Source: an uncultured delta proteobacterium (GTDB taxonomy: Bacteria; Desulfobacterota; Binatia; Binatales; Binataceae). From it: DNA of 64,000 nt. The notes below the pieces were generated by a model, which saw nothing but the letters and a program-made list of their open reading frames with translations, did no database searches and was not told the DNA's origin. The stretch spans positions 256,001-320,000 of the forward strand of contig CAVQEQ010000001.1 of NCBI GenBank assembly GCA_963711565.1. The letters run 5' to 3'. Below, piece after piece: positions 18,943 to 28,077 of the stretch. Position 1 is the stretch's first letter, and each line of letters starts with the position of its first letter. The position numbers were made by a program, and so were the translations under genes.

Positions 18943-21690
18943 CTACACGTCCTTGAACGCCGCCTTCTTCCCCGACGACTCGATCGCCGCCTGCGCTGCC
19001 GCGAGCCGCGCGACCGGAATCCGGTACGGCGAGCACGACACATAATCGAGTCCCAGCCGATGGCACAACTTGACGCTCGACGGATCCCCGCCATGCTCGC
19101 CGCAAATCCCGATCTTCAATTTCTTGTTCGACTTGCGCCCGCGCTCAATCCCGATTCGCATCAGCTCGCCAACTCCGACCGGGTCGAGTTCCGCGAACGG
19201 GTCCTTCTTATAAACGCCGGTGCGAATGTAGTCCGGCAGAAATTTCCCCGAGTCATCGCGCGAGATCCCGTACGTCATCTGCGTCAGATCGTTGGTCCCG
19301 AATGAAAAGAATTCCGCGACCGCACCGATCTGATCCGCCACCACGCATGCGCGCGGCACTTCGATCATCGTGCCGATCGTATACGCGACCTTGATGCCGC
19401 GTTCCTTGAATACCGCGTCCGCCACCTCGCGAATCTGCGCCGCCAGGATGTCGAATTCGCGCCGCTCGCCGATCAGCGGCAGCATTATTTCCGGCATCGC
19501 CTTGACGCCTTGCTTGCGCAGCTCGCACGCCGCCTCGATAATCGCGCGCGCCTGCGCCTGGTAAATTTCGGGGAAGCTGATTCCCAGCCGCGACCCGCGA
19601 TGCCCCAGCATCGGATTCACCTCGAACAGGCTCTCGCGCACCTGCTTCAGATGCTCGAGCGTGGTGCCGATTTTCCCCGCCAGCTCGCGCAGCTCGTTGT
19701 CCGCATGCGGGATAAATTCGTGCAGCGGCGGATCGAGCAACCGAATCGTGACCGGCAGCCCGGCCATTGCTTTCAGGATCCCGACAAAGTCCTCGCGCTG
19801 CATCGGCAGGATCTTCGCCAGCGCGCGCCCGCGCTGCTGCGGGTTCTCTGCCATGATCATTTCGCGCACCGCCGAGATTCGCTCGGGATCGAAAAACATG
19901 TGCTCCGTCCGGCACAGCCCGATTCCTTCGGCGCCGAAGTCGCGCGCGATTTTCGCGTCGTCGGGAGTATCGGCGTTCGCGCGCACCCCAAGCCTGCGCA
20001 CATCGTCCGCCCACGACAGAAATTTTTTGAAGTACGACGGCATCTCCGGCTCGACCGTCGGCACGCGTCCCTCGATCACTTCGCCCGCCGATCCGTCGAG
20101 CGTGAGGTACTCGCCGCGGCGCACGACCGCGCCATTCGCCGACAGCGTGCCAGCGCCATAATCGATCTCCAGCGCCGACACACCAGCCACGCACGACTTG
20201 CCCATCCCGCGCGCCACTACCGCCGCATGACTCGTCATCCCGCCGCGCGCGGTGAGAATTCCCTCGGCCACCTGCATCCCGTGAATATCTTCCGGCAACG
20301 TCTCGAGCCGCACCAAAATTACTTTGCGCCCCGCTTCCGCGACCGCCACTGCTTCGTCCGCCGAGAACACCACTTCGCCGTTGACCGCACCCGGCGACGC
20401 CGGCAGTCCGCGCGCGATGACGTGCTTCTTGCTCGAAGGGTCAAGCCGCGGATGCAAAAACTGCTCGAGCTGCTCCGGTTCCACGCGCTTCAGCGCCGTC
20501 TTGCGATCGATCAGCTTCTCGTCCGCCATATCCACCGCGATTCGCACCGCGGCCTGCGCGGTCCGCTTGCCGTTGCGCGTCTGCAGCATGAACAGGCGAT
20601 TGCGCTCGATCGTAAATTCCATGTCCTGCGTGTCGCGAAAATGCTTTTCGAGCCGCGCCGCGATTTTCAGGAATTGTTTGTAAACGTCGGGGAAGCTTTC
20701 CTCGAGCGTCGAGTACTGCGCGACGCGCTCAGCCTCGGTGATCCCCTGCCGCGCTGCCCACGCGCGCCCCGCCTTCAGACTGATCTGCCGCCCGGTGCGG
20801 GTCCCCGCGACAACGTCCTCGCCCTGTGCGTTCGGCAGAAACTCGCCGTAGATTCCTTTTTCACCGGTGCCGGGATCGCGCGTGAACGCGACGCCAGTGG
20901 CGCAATCGTCGCCAAGATTTCCGAACACCATCGATTGCACCGTGACCGCGGTGCCCCAGTCGCCCGGAATATTGTTGAAGCGCCGATACGCGATCGCGCG
21001 ATCGTTATGCCACGAGTCGAACACCGCACCGATCGCCATCCACAGTTGCTCGCGCGGGTCCTGCGGGATGTCACTGCCGACGCGCGATCGAATCAGTGCG
21101 CGGAACTCGCTCACCAGTTCGCGCAAATCCTCGACGTTCAGGTCAGTGTCATTCTTGACGCCGCGCGCCGCTTTCTTGTGATCGATAATTTCCTCGAACG
21201 GATCCGGATCGTTCTTGTTCTCCGGCTTCAGCTTGAGCACAACGTCGCCGAACATTTGGCAGAAGCGCCGGTACGAGTCCCACGCAAAGCGCGCGTTGCC
21301 GCTTATCGTTTCGAGCCCCTTCACCGTCTCGTCGGTGAGCCCGAGGTTCAGCACCGTGTCCATCATCCCCGGCATCGAAACGCGCGCGCCCGATCGCACC
21401 GACACCAGCAGCGGATTCTTGGCGTCGCCGAACTTGCGCCCGAGCGCCTTCTCGATTCGCGCGACGCTCTTCGCGACACCCTCGGTCAGGCCCTTCGGAT
21501 ATTTGTGCCCGTGATCGTAAAAGTAATTGCAGACCTGCGTCGAGATCGTGAATCCCGGCGGCACCGGCAGCTTGAGCCGCGCCATCTCCGCCAGGTTCGC
21601 GCCCTTGCCGCCCAGCAGGTTGCGCATCTCCGCGCGTCCTTCCGCCACGCCCGCGCCGAAAAAATAAATCTCAGGATGAATCCGAGCCAT
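18943..21690 (-). CDS. ppdK: Pyruvate, phosphate dikinase
   Basis: LLGGKGANLAEM, SVRSGA, GGMTSHAAVVARG, GLCRTEHMF, GTNDLTQ. Confidence 0.97.
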   Translation of the reverse strand: MARIHPEIYFFGAGVAEGRAEMRNLLGGKGANLAEMARLKLPVPPGFTISTQVCNYFYDHGHKYPKGLTEGVAKSVARIEKALGRKFGDAKNPLLVSVRSGARVSMPGMMDTVLNLGLTDETVKGLETISGNARFAWDSYRRFCQMFGDVVLKLKPENKNDPDPFEEIIDHKKAARGVKNDTDLNVEDLRELVSEFRALIRSRVGSDIPQDPREQLWMAIGAVFDSWHNDRAIAYRRFNNIPGDWGTAVTVQSMVFGNLGDDCATGVAFTRDPGTGEKGIYGEFLPNAQGEDVVAGTRTGRQISLKAGRAWAARQGITEAERVAQYSTLEESFPDVYKQFLKIAARLEKHFRDTQDMEFTIERNRLFMLQTRNGKRTAQAAVRIAVDMADEKLIDRKTALKRVEPEQLEQFLHPRLDPSSKKHVIARGLPASPGAVNGEVVFSADEAVAVAEAGRKVILVRLETLPEDIHGMQVAEGILTARGGMTSHAAVVARGMGKSCVAGVSALEIDYGAGTLSANGAVVRRGEYLTLDGSAGEVIEGRVPTVEPEMPSYFKKFLSWADDVRRLGVRANADTPDDAKIARDFGAEGIGLCRTEHMFFDPERISAVREMIMAENPQQRGRALAKILPMQREDFVGILKAMAGLPVTIRLLDPPLHEFIPHADNELRELAGKIGTTLEHLKQVRESLFEVNPMLGHRGSRLGISFPEIYQAQARAIIEAACELRKQGVKAMPEIMLPLIGERREFDILAAQIREVADAVFKERGIKVAYTIGTMIEVPRACVVADQIGAVAEFFSFGTNDLTQMTYGISRDDSGKFLPDYIRTGVYKKDPFAELDPVGVGELMRIGIERGRKSNKKLKIGICGEHGGDPSSVKLCHRLGLDYVSCSPYRIPVARLAAAQAAIESSGKKAAFKDV

Positions 21691-21744
21691 GTCTAATCGT
21701 TGCTCCCTCGCCGCATCGAAACCGTGCGGAGACAATTTTTGATT

Positions 21745-23091
21745 TTAGCGCGTCCAGCCGATTCGATCCGCGATCACTTCGACCAGCCGCGCGCTTGACA
21801 CCCGCTCCTGCGTCATCGCGTCGCGATCGCGGATTGTCACCGTGTCGTCTTCCATCGTCTGATGATCGATCGTCACGCCGTACGGCGTCCCGACTTCATC
21901 CTGACGCCGATAGCGCCGGCCGATCGATCCCGCCTGATCGTAGGCGACCGTGAAATGCCGCTTCAGCGCGTCGCGAATCGCGATCGCTTTCTCAGGTTGT
22001 CCGGCCTTCCGCAGCAGCGGGTAGACCGCGACCTTGATCGGCGCGAGCCGCGGATCGAGCCGCAACACGATTCGCTCCTCGTTCTCGACCACGTCCTCGT
22101 CGTACGCGTCGAGCATGAACGCGAGCATCGCGCGATCGACGCCCAGCGCCAGCTCGATCACCCACGGCCGAAAGCGCGACTTGGTGTCCTCGTCGAAGTA
22201 CGTAAGATCCTTGCCGCTGAACTTCGCGTGCTGATCGAGATCGAAGCTGCCGCGCTTGGCGACGCCTTCGAGCTCGCCCCATCCGAACGGATAGAGGAAC
22301 TCGATGTCCGTTGTGCCGCTCGAATAATGCGACAACTCATCGGTCGCATGCTCACGCTTGCGCAGATGCTCGGCCTTGATTCCGAACTTGACGTGCCAGT
22401 TGAATCGAAAATCGACCCAGTAGCGATACCACTTCTCTTCTTCCTCGCGGTCGGGCCGCACGAAATACTCCATCTCCATCTGCTCGAACTCGCGCGTGCG
22501 GAAAATGAAATTCTCAGTGGTGATTTCGTTGCGGAACGATTTGCCCTGCTGCGCGACGCCGAACGGCAGCTTGACCCGCTGCGTATCGACGACGTTCTCG
22601 AAATTCGAAAAAATTCCCTGCGCCGTCTCCGGCCGCAGATAGACCACCGCCGCGGTCTCTTCGACCGGGCCCATGAAGGTCTTGAACATCAGGTTGAAAT
22701 TGCGCGCCGGCGTCAGCTCGCCGCCGCACTCGGGACATTTGTCGCCCTGGATATGATCGGCGCGAAAACGATTCTTGCACTCTTTGCAATCGACCAGCGG
22801 GTCGGTGAAATTCTGCAGATGCCCCGACGCTTCCCACGTGCGCGGATGCTGAAATATTGCCGAGTCCAGCCCCAGCACATCACTGCGGTACTGCACCATC
22901 TCGCGCCACCACGCCTCTTTGACGTTGCGCTTGAGCTCGACGCCGAGCGGGCCGTAGTCGAAGGTGGAGCCGAGTCCCCCGTAAATATCGCTCGTCGGAA
23001 AAACAATTCCGCGGCGCTTGCACAGGTTCACAATTTTTTCCATCGTGACCGCGCTTTTGGTCGCGGGCACTGCATTTTCGGCGGACAACAA
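21745..23091 (-). CDS. glyQS: Glycine--tRNA ligase, homodimeric alpha2 type
   Basis: DYGPLG, YLRPETAQG, FRNEI, FRTREFEQME, SIGRRYRRQDE; TTG start after GGAGG. Confidence 0.95.
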   Translation of the reverse strand: MLSAENAVPATKSAVTMEKIVNLCKRRGIVFPTSDIYGGLGSTFDYGPLGVELKRNVKEAWWREMVQYRSDVLGLDSAIFQHPRTWEASGHLQNFTDPLVDCKECKNRFRADHIQGDKCPECGGELTPARNFNLMFKTFMGPVEETAAVVYLRPETAQGIFSNFENVVDTQRVKLPFGVAQQGKSFRNEITTENFIFRTREFEQMEMEYFVRPDREEEEKWYRYWVDFRFNWHVKFGIKAEHLRKREHATDELSHYSSGTTDIEFLYPFGWGELEGVAKRGSFDLDQHAKFSGKDLTYFDEDTKSRFRPWVIELALGVDRAMLAFMLDAYDEDVVENEERIVLRLDPRLAPIKVAVYPLLRKAGQPEKAIAIRDALKRHFTVAYDQAGSIGRRYRRQDEVGTPYGVTIDHQTMEDDTVTIRDRDAMTQERVSSARLVEVIADRIGWTR

Positions 23092-23121
23092 TTCCTCCTG
23101 GATCGTTCGTGACAGCCGGCC

Positions 23122-23661
23122 TCAAGCCAGGCTGATTATTTCGGCGGAAACTTCGCCGCCGTCTCCAATTTCCAGTATCGCGACCGTTCCCGGCACTCCG
23201 ACGAGATTCCGCGGCAGCGTCGCGCTCCCCGGATTGACGACCATCGTCGCGCCGAACCGCGTCACGCCTTCGACGTGGCTATGCCCCTGCACGACCACGT
23301 CCACCGGCCCGCCGAATTGCGTATTCATCGCGCGCGCGAACACTTCCTCCGAGGTCTCGTCCGGCGTCGGAATCGCATGCACCAGCCCGATTCGCACGCC
23401 CGCTATCTCGACCAGATGCGCCTCGCGTACGCGCTCGTCGCCCTGGTCGAGCCGATAGCGATGCCCATCCAAGCCCTCGTCGCCATTCCCCAACGCCGCG
23501 ATCACCGGCGCAATCGCCGACAGCTCGTCGAGCACCCGGTTCACGTAAACGTCGCCCGCATGCATGACGAGATCGATCCCGGCGAACACCTCGAACACTT
23601 TCTCGGGAAGATGCTCGCAGGCTTCTGGAATATGAGTGTCAGAGATCAGACCGATTCGCAT
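23122..23661 (-). CDS. YfcE-like metallophosphoesterase
   Basis: SDTH, HAGD, GNGD, GHSH, NPGS. Confidence 0.9.
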   Translation of the reverse strand: MRIGLISDTHIPEACEHLPEKVFEVFAGIDLVMHAGDVYVNRVLDELSAIAPVIAALGNGDEGLDGHRYRLDQGDERVREAHLVEIAGVRIGLVHAIPTPDETSEEVFARAMNTQFGGPVDVVVQGHSHVEGVTRFGATMVVNPGSATLPRNLVGVPGTVAILEIGDGGEVSAEIISLA

Positions 23662-23803
23662 TACGATCGCTCCGGGCGCTCACGCCCGCCGAGCGCGAAC
23701 CGTGAAGCCTATCACGGCCCCGAATCCCCCGCAATTTTGGTTCGTAGGACGGAATTTATGGCAGTGGGTCGGTTAGAATTTGGCGGGTCGTCCGCCCATA
23801 ACC

Positions 23804-24376
23804 TTAGTTGCGGTCATTTCGCTGAGTCTGGCGGGAATGGCGGGCGTCCATGACCTGGTTGCACTTTTCCAAAATCTCATCCACGACGCGTTCAATCGGC
23901 GCAGTGGCGTCAATGCTCATCGCATTCTTCGGAACATCCTCTTTCGTTGCATACAATCGCGCAATGAGTTCGCGTTCCTCTGGTTTTCCGCCGAAGTCAG
24001 TTGGGTCCAGTGCCACTCGCTCATCAATCCGCCGGTTCATGGTGTCCAGGTCAACCTCCAGGACAAACACGCCGTCAAATATGTCGATGAATTTGGCAAA
24101 ATTCCTCGAGCTACCGCAGAAAAAGGTGATTGCCTCCTCCATGTTGGCGACGAAGTCTTGTACTTTCTCTACATCCCAAATCTGGTGCTCGGACATCCAG
24201 GTGGCCGTCGGTGTACTCGCTTCCGGAGCCGTCGGTAGACCCGTTTCCGGATCACCTCGATAGACCAATTCCCGGTCACCATGAACGGCTTGGTAGCCGC
24301 GCCGCTGCAATTCTGTGCAGACCGCCGTTTTGCCGGCGCCGGAAACGCCTTCGATCAAATAGTTTCTGATGCCCAT
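23804..24376 (-). CDS. P-loop nucleoside/nucleotide kinase-like protein (AAA family)
   Basis: N-terminal Walker A GVSGAGKT. Confidence 0.8.
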   Translation of the reverse strand: MGIRNYLIEGVSGAGKTAVCTELQRRGYQAVHGDRELVYRGDPETGLPTAPEASTPTATWMSEHQIWDVEKVQDFVANMEEAITFFCGSSRNFAKFIDIFDGVFVLEVDLDTMNRRIDERVALDPTDFGGKPEERELIARLYATKEDVPKNAMSIDATAPIERVVDEILEKCNQVMDARHSRQTQRNDRN

Positions 24377-24453
24377 CCTATTTTCTCAAACTGATCCACT
24401 ACCGAATTCTTATTCCGTCAGGCCGCAGATGCGCGAAAGCATCGCCCCGGAGT

Positions 24454-24981
24454 TCAGCCCGATCTCTCGAATTCTTCTCTCCCGATTCTCATCATGTGAT
24501 GCGCTTCCGTCTCGCCGGGATTCGTCACAGTCTTGAAAAACCTGAATCCGGCTTTTTCGTACGCTCGAATCGCGCCGCGATTCGCAACTGAGGGATCGAT
24601 GACGCAACTCTCGACCGCCGGATCGGTGAAAACAACGTCCTTCAGAAACTGCCGAATGATAGGAGCGCCCAAACCACGATGGTAAAACCCGACCTCGCCG
24701 ATAAACAAATCGATACCAACGGCCCGCTCTGCGTCCGCGGTTTCCCGCGAGTATTCAGATCCGGCAACTGGATACTCCTGGATATATCCGATCGGCCCGT
24801 CGTCCTTAACGATGACGAAGCATCGCACGTCTTCCTTGCCGTCGATTCGCGGCGCGTACTTCGCCGCTATCTCGTCGAGGCCGAGCGCTTCGTCGGACCA
24901 CCATTCGACGACGTGCGCAGCGTTCAGCCATCGATGCATCAGCGGCATATCGCCGCGCTCAAGAGCTCGAAAACTAATCAT
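24454..24981 (-). CDS. GNAT acetyltransferase (AAC(6')-like / Acetyltransf_8)
   Basis: WLN..HV..WW, GYIQ, GIDLFIGE, DP..N..AIRAYEKAGF. Confidence 0.85.
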   Translation of the reverse strand: MISFRALERGDMPLMHRWLNAAHVVEWWSDEALGLDEIAAKYAPRIDGKEDVRCFVIVKDDGPIGYIQEYPVAGSEYSRETADAERAVGIDLFIGEVGFYHRGLGAPIIRQFLKDVVFTDPAVESCVIDPSVANRGAIRAYEKAGFRFFKTVTNPGETEAHHMMRIGREEFERSG

Positions 24982-25094
24982 CGGCGAATCCTCAATTACA
25001 AAGTACTCAGGAATTCGCAGTCGACAACTATCTACCAAAGATGTGGCCGTTTTCGCGAAGCTCGTGCTACAAGTCTGGGCGAGGAGAACTCTTG

Positions 25095-25427
25095 ATGCGA
25101 ATCTCGACGGTCGTCATCTGCGCGTTTGTGATCGGAGGCGCGCTTGCGCTCGCCGGATGCGGTCACAAGCTGGTCGCGCACAACGGCGATACCACCGTCT
25201 CCGTCTATCCCGACGAGAACACCTTCACCAAACTCGCCAATTTGAAAAGCCAGGGCGGCGTCGGCGGCATGATCGGCGGCCTCGGCACTGGACTCGCCGC
25301 CAAGCAGGTCAACAACAACACTCCCGTGCGAATCATCAACAGCGACGATCGGGGCTCGCAGGTCGAAGTCCTCGACGGCGCGTTCAAAGGCCTCCAGGGC
25401 TTCGTCCCCAAAGACAACGTGAACTGA
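25095..25427 (+). CDS. Hypothetical lipoprotein
   Basis: GAGGAG RBS, lipobox LAGC. Confidence 0.7.
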   Translation: MRISTVVICAFVIGGALALAGCGHKLVAHNGDTTVSVYPDENTFTKLANLKSQGGVGGMIGGLGTGLAAKQVNNNTPVRIINSDDRGSQVEVLDGAFKGLQGFVPKDNVN

Positions 25428-25465
25428 AGCCGGCGTTTCGCGTTTCGTTCTCCTGAACAAAAGTA

Positions 25466-25481
25466 CGTTTCACGTGAAACG
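25466..25481. promoter_or_regulatory. parS-type ParB binding site
   Basis: Perfect 16-bp palindrome CGTTTCACGTGAAACG containing the GTTTCACGTGAAAC core. Confidence 0.75.
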
Positions 25482-25564
25482 CTTTCGCTTTATATCGCAA
25501 TAAACACGCGCTGTATTTTCGAAAACAGGCGAAACCCCGACGCCATTCGCCACTTTATCCTAAC

Positions 25565-25621
25565 ACTGGGCGCAGGGGTCACCCCTGCCCAAGGAAGCGT
25601 GAAACCCACGGCGGGTTTCAC
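25565..25621 (+). repeat. Repeat family A, full copy
   Basis: Near-identical to 1275-1331. Confidence 0.85.
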
Positions 25622-25683
25622 ATTCAATTAAGTGATCTGCCCTTCCCAACTACCCCGGACTCGAACCGATCACCGCAGCATCG

Positions 25684-26184
25684 TCAGCGCGATCCGCGGT
25701 CGAGCGCCTCGATCATTTGCCGGTAGTTCCGCTCCGCCAGCGGCATGTGCACGACTTCGAACTTCAGGCGATCGGGCCCGAGAAAATAGAAAGCGTAGTA
25801 GCCGCCCGGCCCGAACGGGAACTCGCCGGGACCGTCGAGAATCTCCGCGCCGAGCGAACGAACCAGCTCGAACAATTCATCAACCTGCTCGCGTCGTTGA
25901 ACGTTGAACGCCAGGTGATGCAGCCCGGGCTCATAGACCTCGAACGGATGCTCCGTCTTCGCCTGCCAGATGTTGAACGCGGTCCCGTTGGACTCGTTGA
26001 TATTGACCACAAGACGGCCGCCGGTCCGTGTATCGTCAAAAATTCCACCGACGGTGTAGCCGAGGGATTTCAGCATCGGGCCGAAGAATCTCATCGCCTC
26101 CGGCAAATCGCTGACGGTGATCGAAACGTGATTGATCGAACCATGAAGATCGGGTTTCGGGACTGACGGCTTGGGTTCCGGCAT
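25684..26184 (-). CDS. VOC/glyoxalase family protein
   Basis: INHVSITVSD, GLHHLAF, YYAFYF.GPD..KFE. Confidence 0.88.
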   Translation of the reverse strand: MPEPKPSVPKPDLHGSINHVSITVSDLPEAMRFFGPMLKSLGYTVGGIFDDTRTGGRLVVNINESNGTAFNIWQAKTEHPFEVYEPGLHHLAFNVQRREQVDELFELVRSLGAEILDGPGEFPFGPGGYYAFYFLGPDRLKFEVVHMPLAERNYRQMIEALDRGSR

Positions 26185-26224
26185 CGCTCGAATTCAGCGC
26201 ATCGCGGCGCGCGCTGTCAAACGG

Positions 26225-26848
26225 CTAGACCTTCGGCACTTCCATGCCCTTCTTCACGGCGGGGCGCGCACCGACGGCGGCAATCCATCGCGCGACGTTC
26301 GCGCTCTCGCCAACCACGTCGGGTTTGACGGCTTTGATCGCGGGGAAGCCGACGACGAGCCACGGGTAGGTCGCGATATCCGCGATCGAGTAGTGGCCCG
26401 CCATGTACTCGCTCTTCGCCAGCTGACCGTCGAGTACCTTCATTAGCCGAGCGCACTCGTTCGCGTAGCGATCGATCGCGTATTGGATCTTTTCGGGCGC
26501 CGCGTTGACGAAATGACCGGCCTGTCCGAACATCGGGCCGACATTTGCCATCTGCCAGAAGAGCCATTCGAGCACCTTCGCGCGCCCGGGATTTTTCGCG
26601 GGGAAGAACTCGCCGGTCTTCTCGGCGAGATGCACGAGTATCGCGCCCGACTCGAAGAGCGAGACGCCGGCGTCGTGATCGACGATTGCGGGAATCTTGC
26701 TGTTCGGACAAATCTTCACGTACTCCGGTTTGAACTGATCGCCATTGCGGATGTTGATCGGATGCACGGAGTACTCGAGGCCGCACTCCTCGAGCATGAT
26801 TGCGGGTTTGCGTCCGTTGGGCGTCGTCCAGGTGTAGAGATCGATCAT
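26225..26848 (-). CDS. Glutathione S-transferase (YfcG-like)
   Basis: TPNG, PNSKIPAIVD, FESGAIL, YSIADIA. Confidence 0.92.
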   Translation of the reverse strand: MIDLYTWTTPNGRKPAIMLEECGLEYSVHPINIRNGDQFKPEYVKICPNSKIPAIVDHDAGVSLFESGAILVHLAEKTGEFFPAKNPGRAKVLEWLFWQMANVGPMFGQAGHFVNAAPEKIQYAIDRYANECARLMKVLDGQLAKSEYMAGHYSIADIATYPWLVVGFPAIKAVKPDVVGESANVARWIAAVGARPAVKKGMEVPKV

Positions 26849-26863
26849 CGTAGTACTTCCTTC

Positions 26864-27100
26864 CTAGGCTCTAGTGGTCGCCGCAAATTCGCGGACATCG
26901 ACTTGCACTCCCGCCCGGAGTGCCTCGTCGGCGGTCCCCAGAAGCTGGCGGGTAATGTCTTCATCGACGTAGGCCTCGCCACAATTCTCGCAGATTTGTG
27001 CGGGAACGCTTTTGACTACCAGCGTCACGCCGCTGCGCTCGAGCGTCACTGTGGTTTTGCCGGGCCGGGTTTCGCCGTGCTTACAGATCACGCACTTCAT
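26864..27100 (-). CDS. YgiT-type zinc finger (MqsA N-terminal-like)
   Basis: MKCVIC..VPAQICENCGE. Confidence 0.85.
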   Translation of the reverse strand: MKCVICKHGETRPGKTTVTLERSGVTLVVKSVPAQICENCGEAYVDEDITRQLLGTADEALRAGVQVDVREFAATTRA

Positions 27101-27121
27101 TGCGCCTTTCTCCAATCGCAG

Positions 27122-27331
27122 CTATTCAAGATCGCCTTCCTTCAGCCCCGCTAGCTTAGTTAAATGTGCAAGCAGACCCAGTTTGAGAGGTTGATTCCTA
27201 TGGATGGGAATTGAGAGCCTCACCGTACTACCTTGATTTCCGTAGATGTGATGACTCCCACTAACGCGAAGTAGGTGCCACCCGTGGCGCTCCACCACCT
27301 TAGCGAACGCCTTGCCGGAAAGGACCTTCAC
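27122..27331 (-). CDS. hicA: HicA-family toxin
   Basis: GW...RVSGSHHIY, IPIH, LKLG. Confidence 0.85.
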   Translation of the reverse strand: MKVLSGKAFAKVVERHGWHLLRVSGSHHIYGNQGSTVRLSIPIHRNQPLKLGLLAHLTKLAGLKEGDLE

Positions 27332-27549
27332 TACGCGGCCTCCAAGATCTCGACCTCCTCAACCTCCTGATCTCTGCTGACCGCATTGGGCGAACTATCG
27401 TCTGCCGACAAGCAGCCCACGATCGCTTCGTAGATGTTTCTGAACAATTCCTTTTCTGTCTCGCCTTGGGTTGCACATCCAGGGATGGCCGGGACCTCTG
27501 CCCAAAATCCGCCTTCCTCTGCCTTGTGAACGATGACCTTGATCTTCAT
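27331..27549 (-). CDS. hicB: HicB-family antitoxin (short)
   Basis: EEGGFWAEVPAIPGCATQGET..EL. Confidence 0.88.
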   Translation of the reverse strand: MKIKVIVHKAEEGGFWAEVPAIPGCATQGETEKELFRNIYEAIVGCLSADDSSPNAVSRDQEVEEVEILEAA

Positions 27550-27567
27550 AGAGCCTGACCTCGCTGT

Positions 27568-27900
27568 TTACAGATCGACCTCCAGACGGCCTAATTCGTC
27601 CAACGAGACGCTTTTGTGTTGGTTTAAGAACTCACGCAGAGGTTCCAACACACCGGAATCATCCACCCAAAGCTGAGTCACATATGTGCGCCCTTGATAC
27701 TCGATTTGAACCTCCATATGGTCGGGGAGCCCTCCGTAGCCATGAGTCCGGAAAATCGTTGCCCTCATGAGCGTTCCGCCGCCCACTGGCGGAGACGCCT
27801 TCGAACCATGTGAGTCATAAGCATCGCCAGGCGGTTGCGGCGGCCAACTCGGCGAGCCCATGTACTTCAGCTGTGGATGTTTGACCAGAAGATCCTTCAT
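27568..27900 (-). CDS. Hypothetical protein
   Basis: RBS-like GGAGACAGGAC before ATG; co-oriented with hicBA in an AT-richer patch. Confidence 0.55.
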   Translation of the reverse strand: MKDLLVKHPQLKYMGSPSWPPQPPGDAYDSHGSKASPPVGGGTLMRATIFRTHGYGGLPDHMEVQIEYQGRTYVTQLWVDDSGVLEPLREFLNQHKSVSLDELGRLEVDL

Positions 27901-28077
27901 GTCCTGTCTCCTAGCGGATCACCTTAGTCCTTCAATTCCGCCCATGACTATTCGTTCCTATCATACCATCTGATCTCAGCCCACCATATTTCTGGTGCGC
28001 TTCTGCGCTTGTCAGCGGGATGCGAGGCGCGATAACGATCGGTGTGCGCGCTCTGTCTGCTCACGAGGAGAAGTACC

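Noticed and set aside
19510-21696. 728-aa plus-strand ORF
   Set aside because: Antisense shadow of ppdK, typical of high-GC codon bias, with no recognisable motifs.
23804-27900. Integron cassette array (GNAT, VOC, GST, TA genes)
   Set aside because: No attC-like sites or integron integrase recognised, and gene orientation is mixed.
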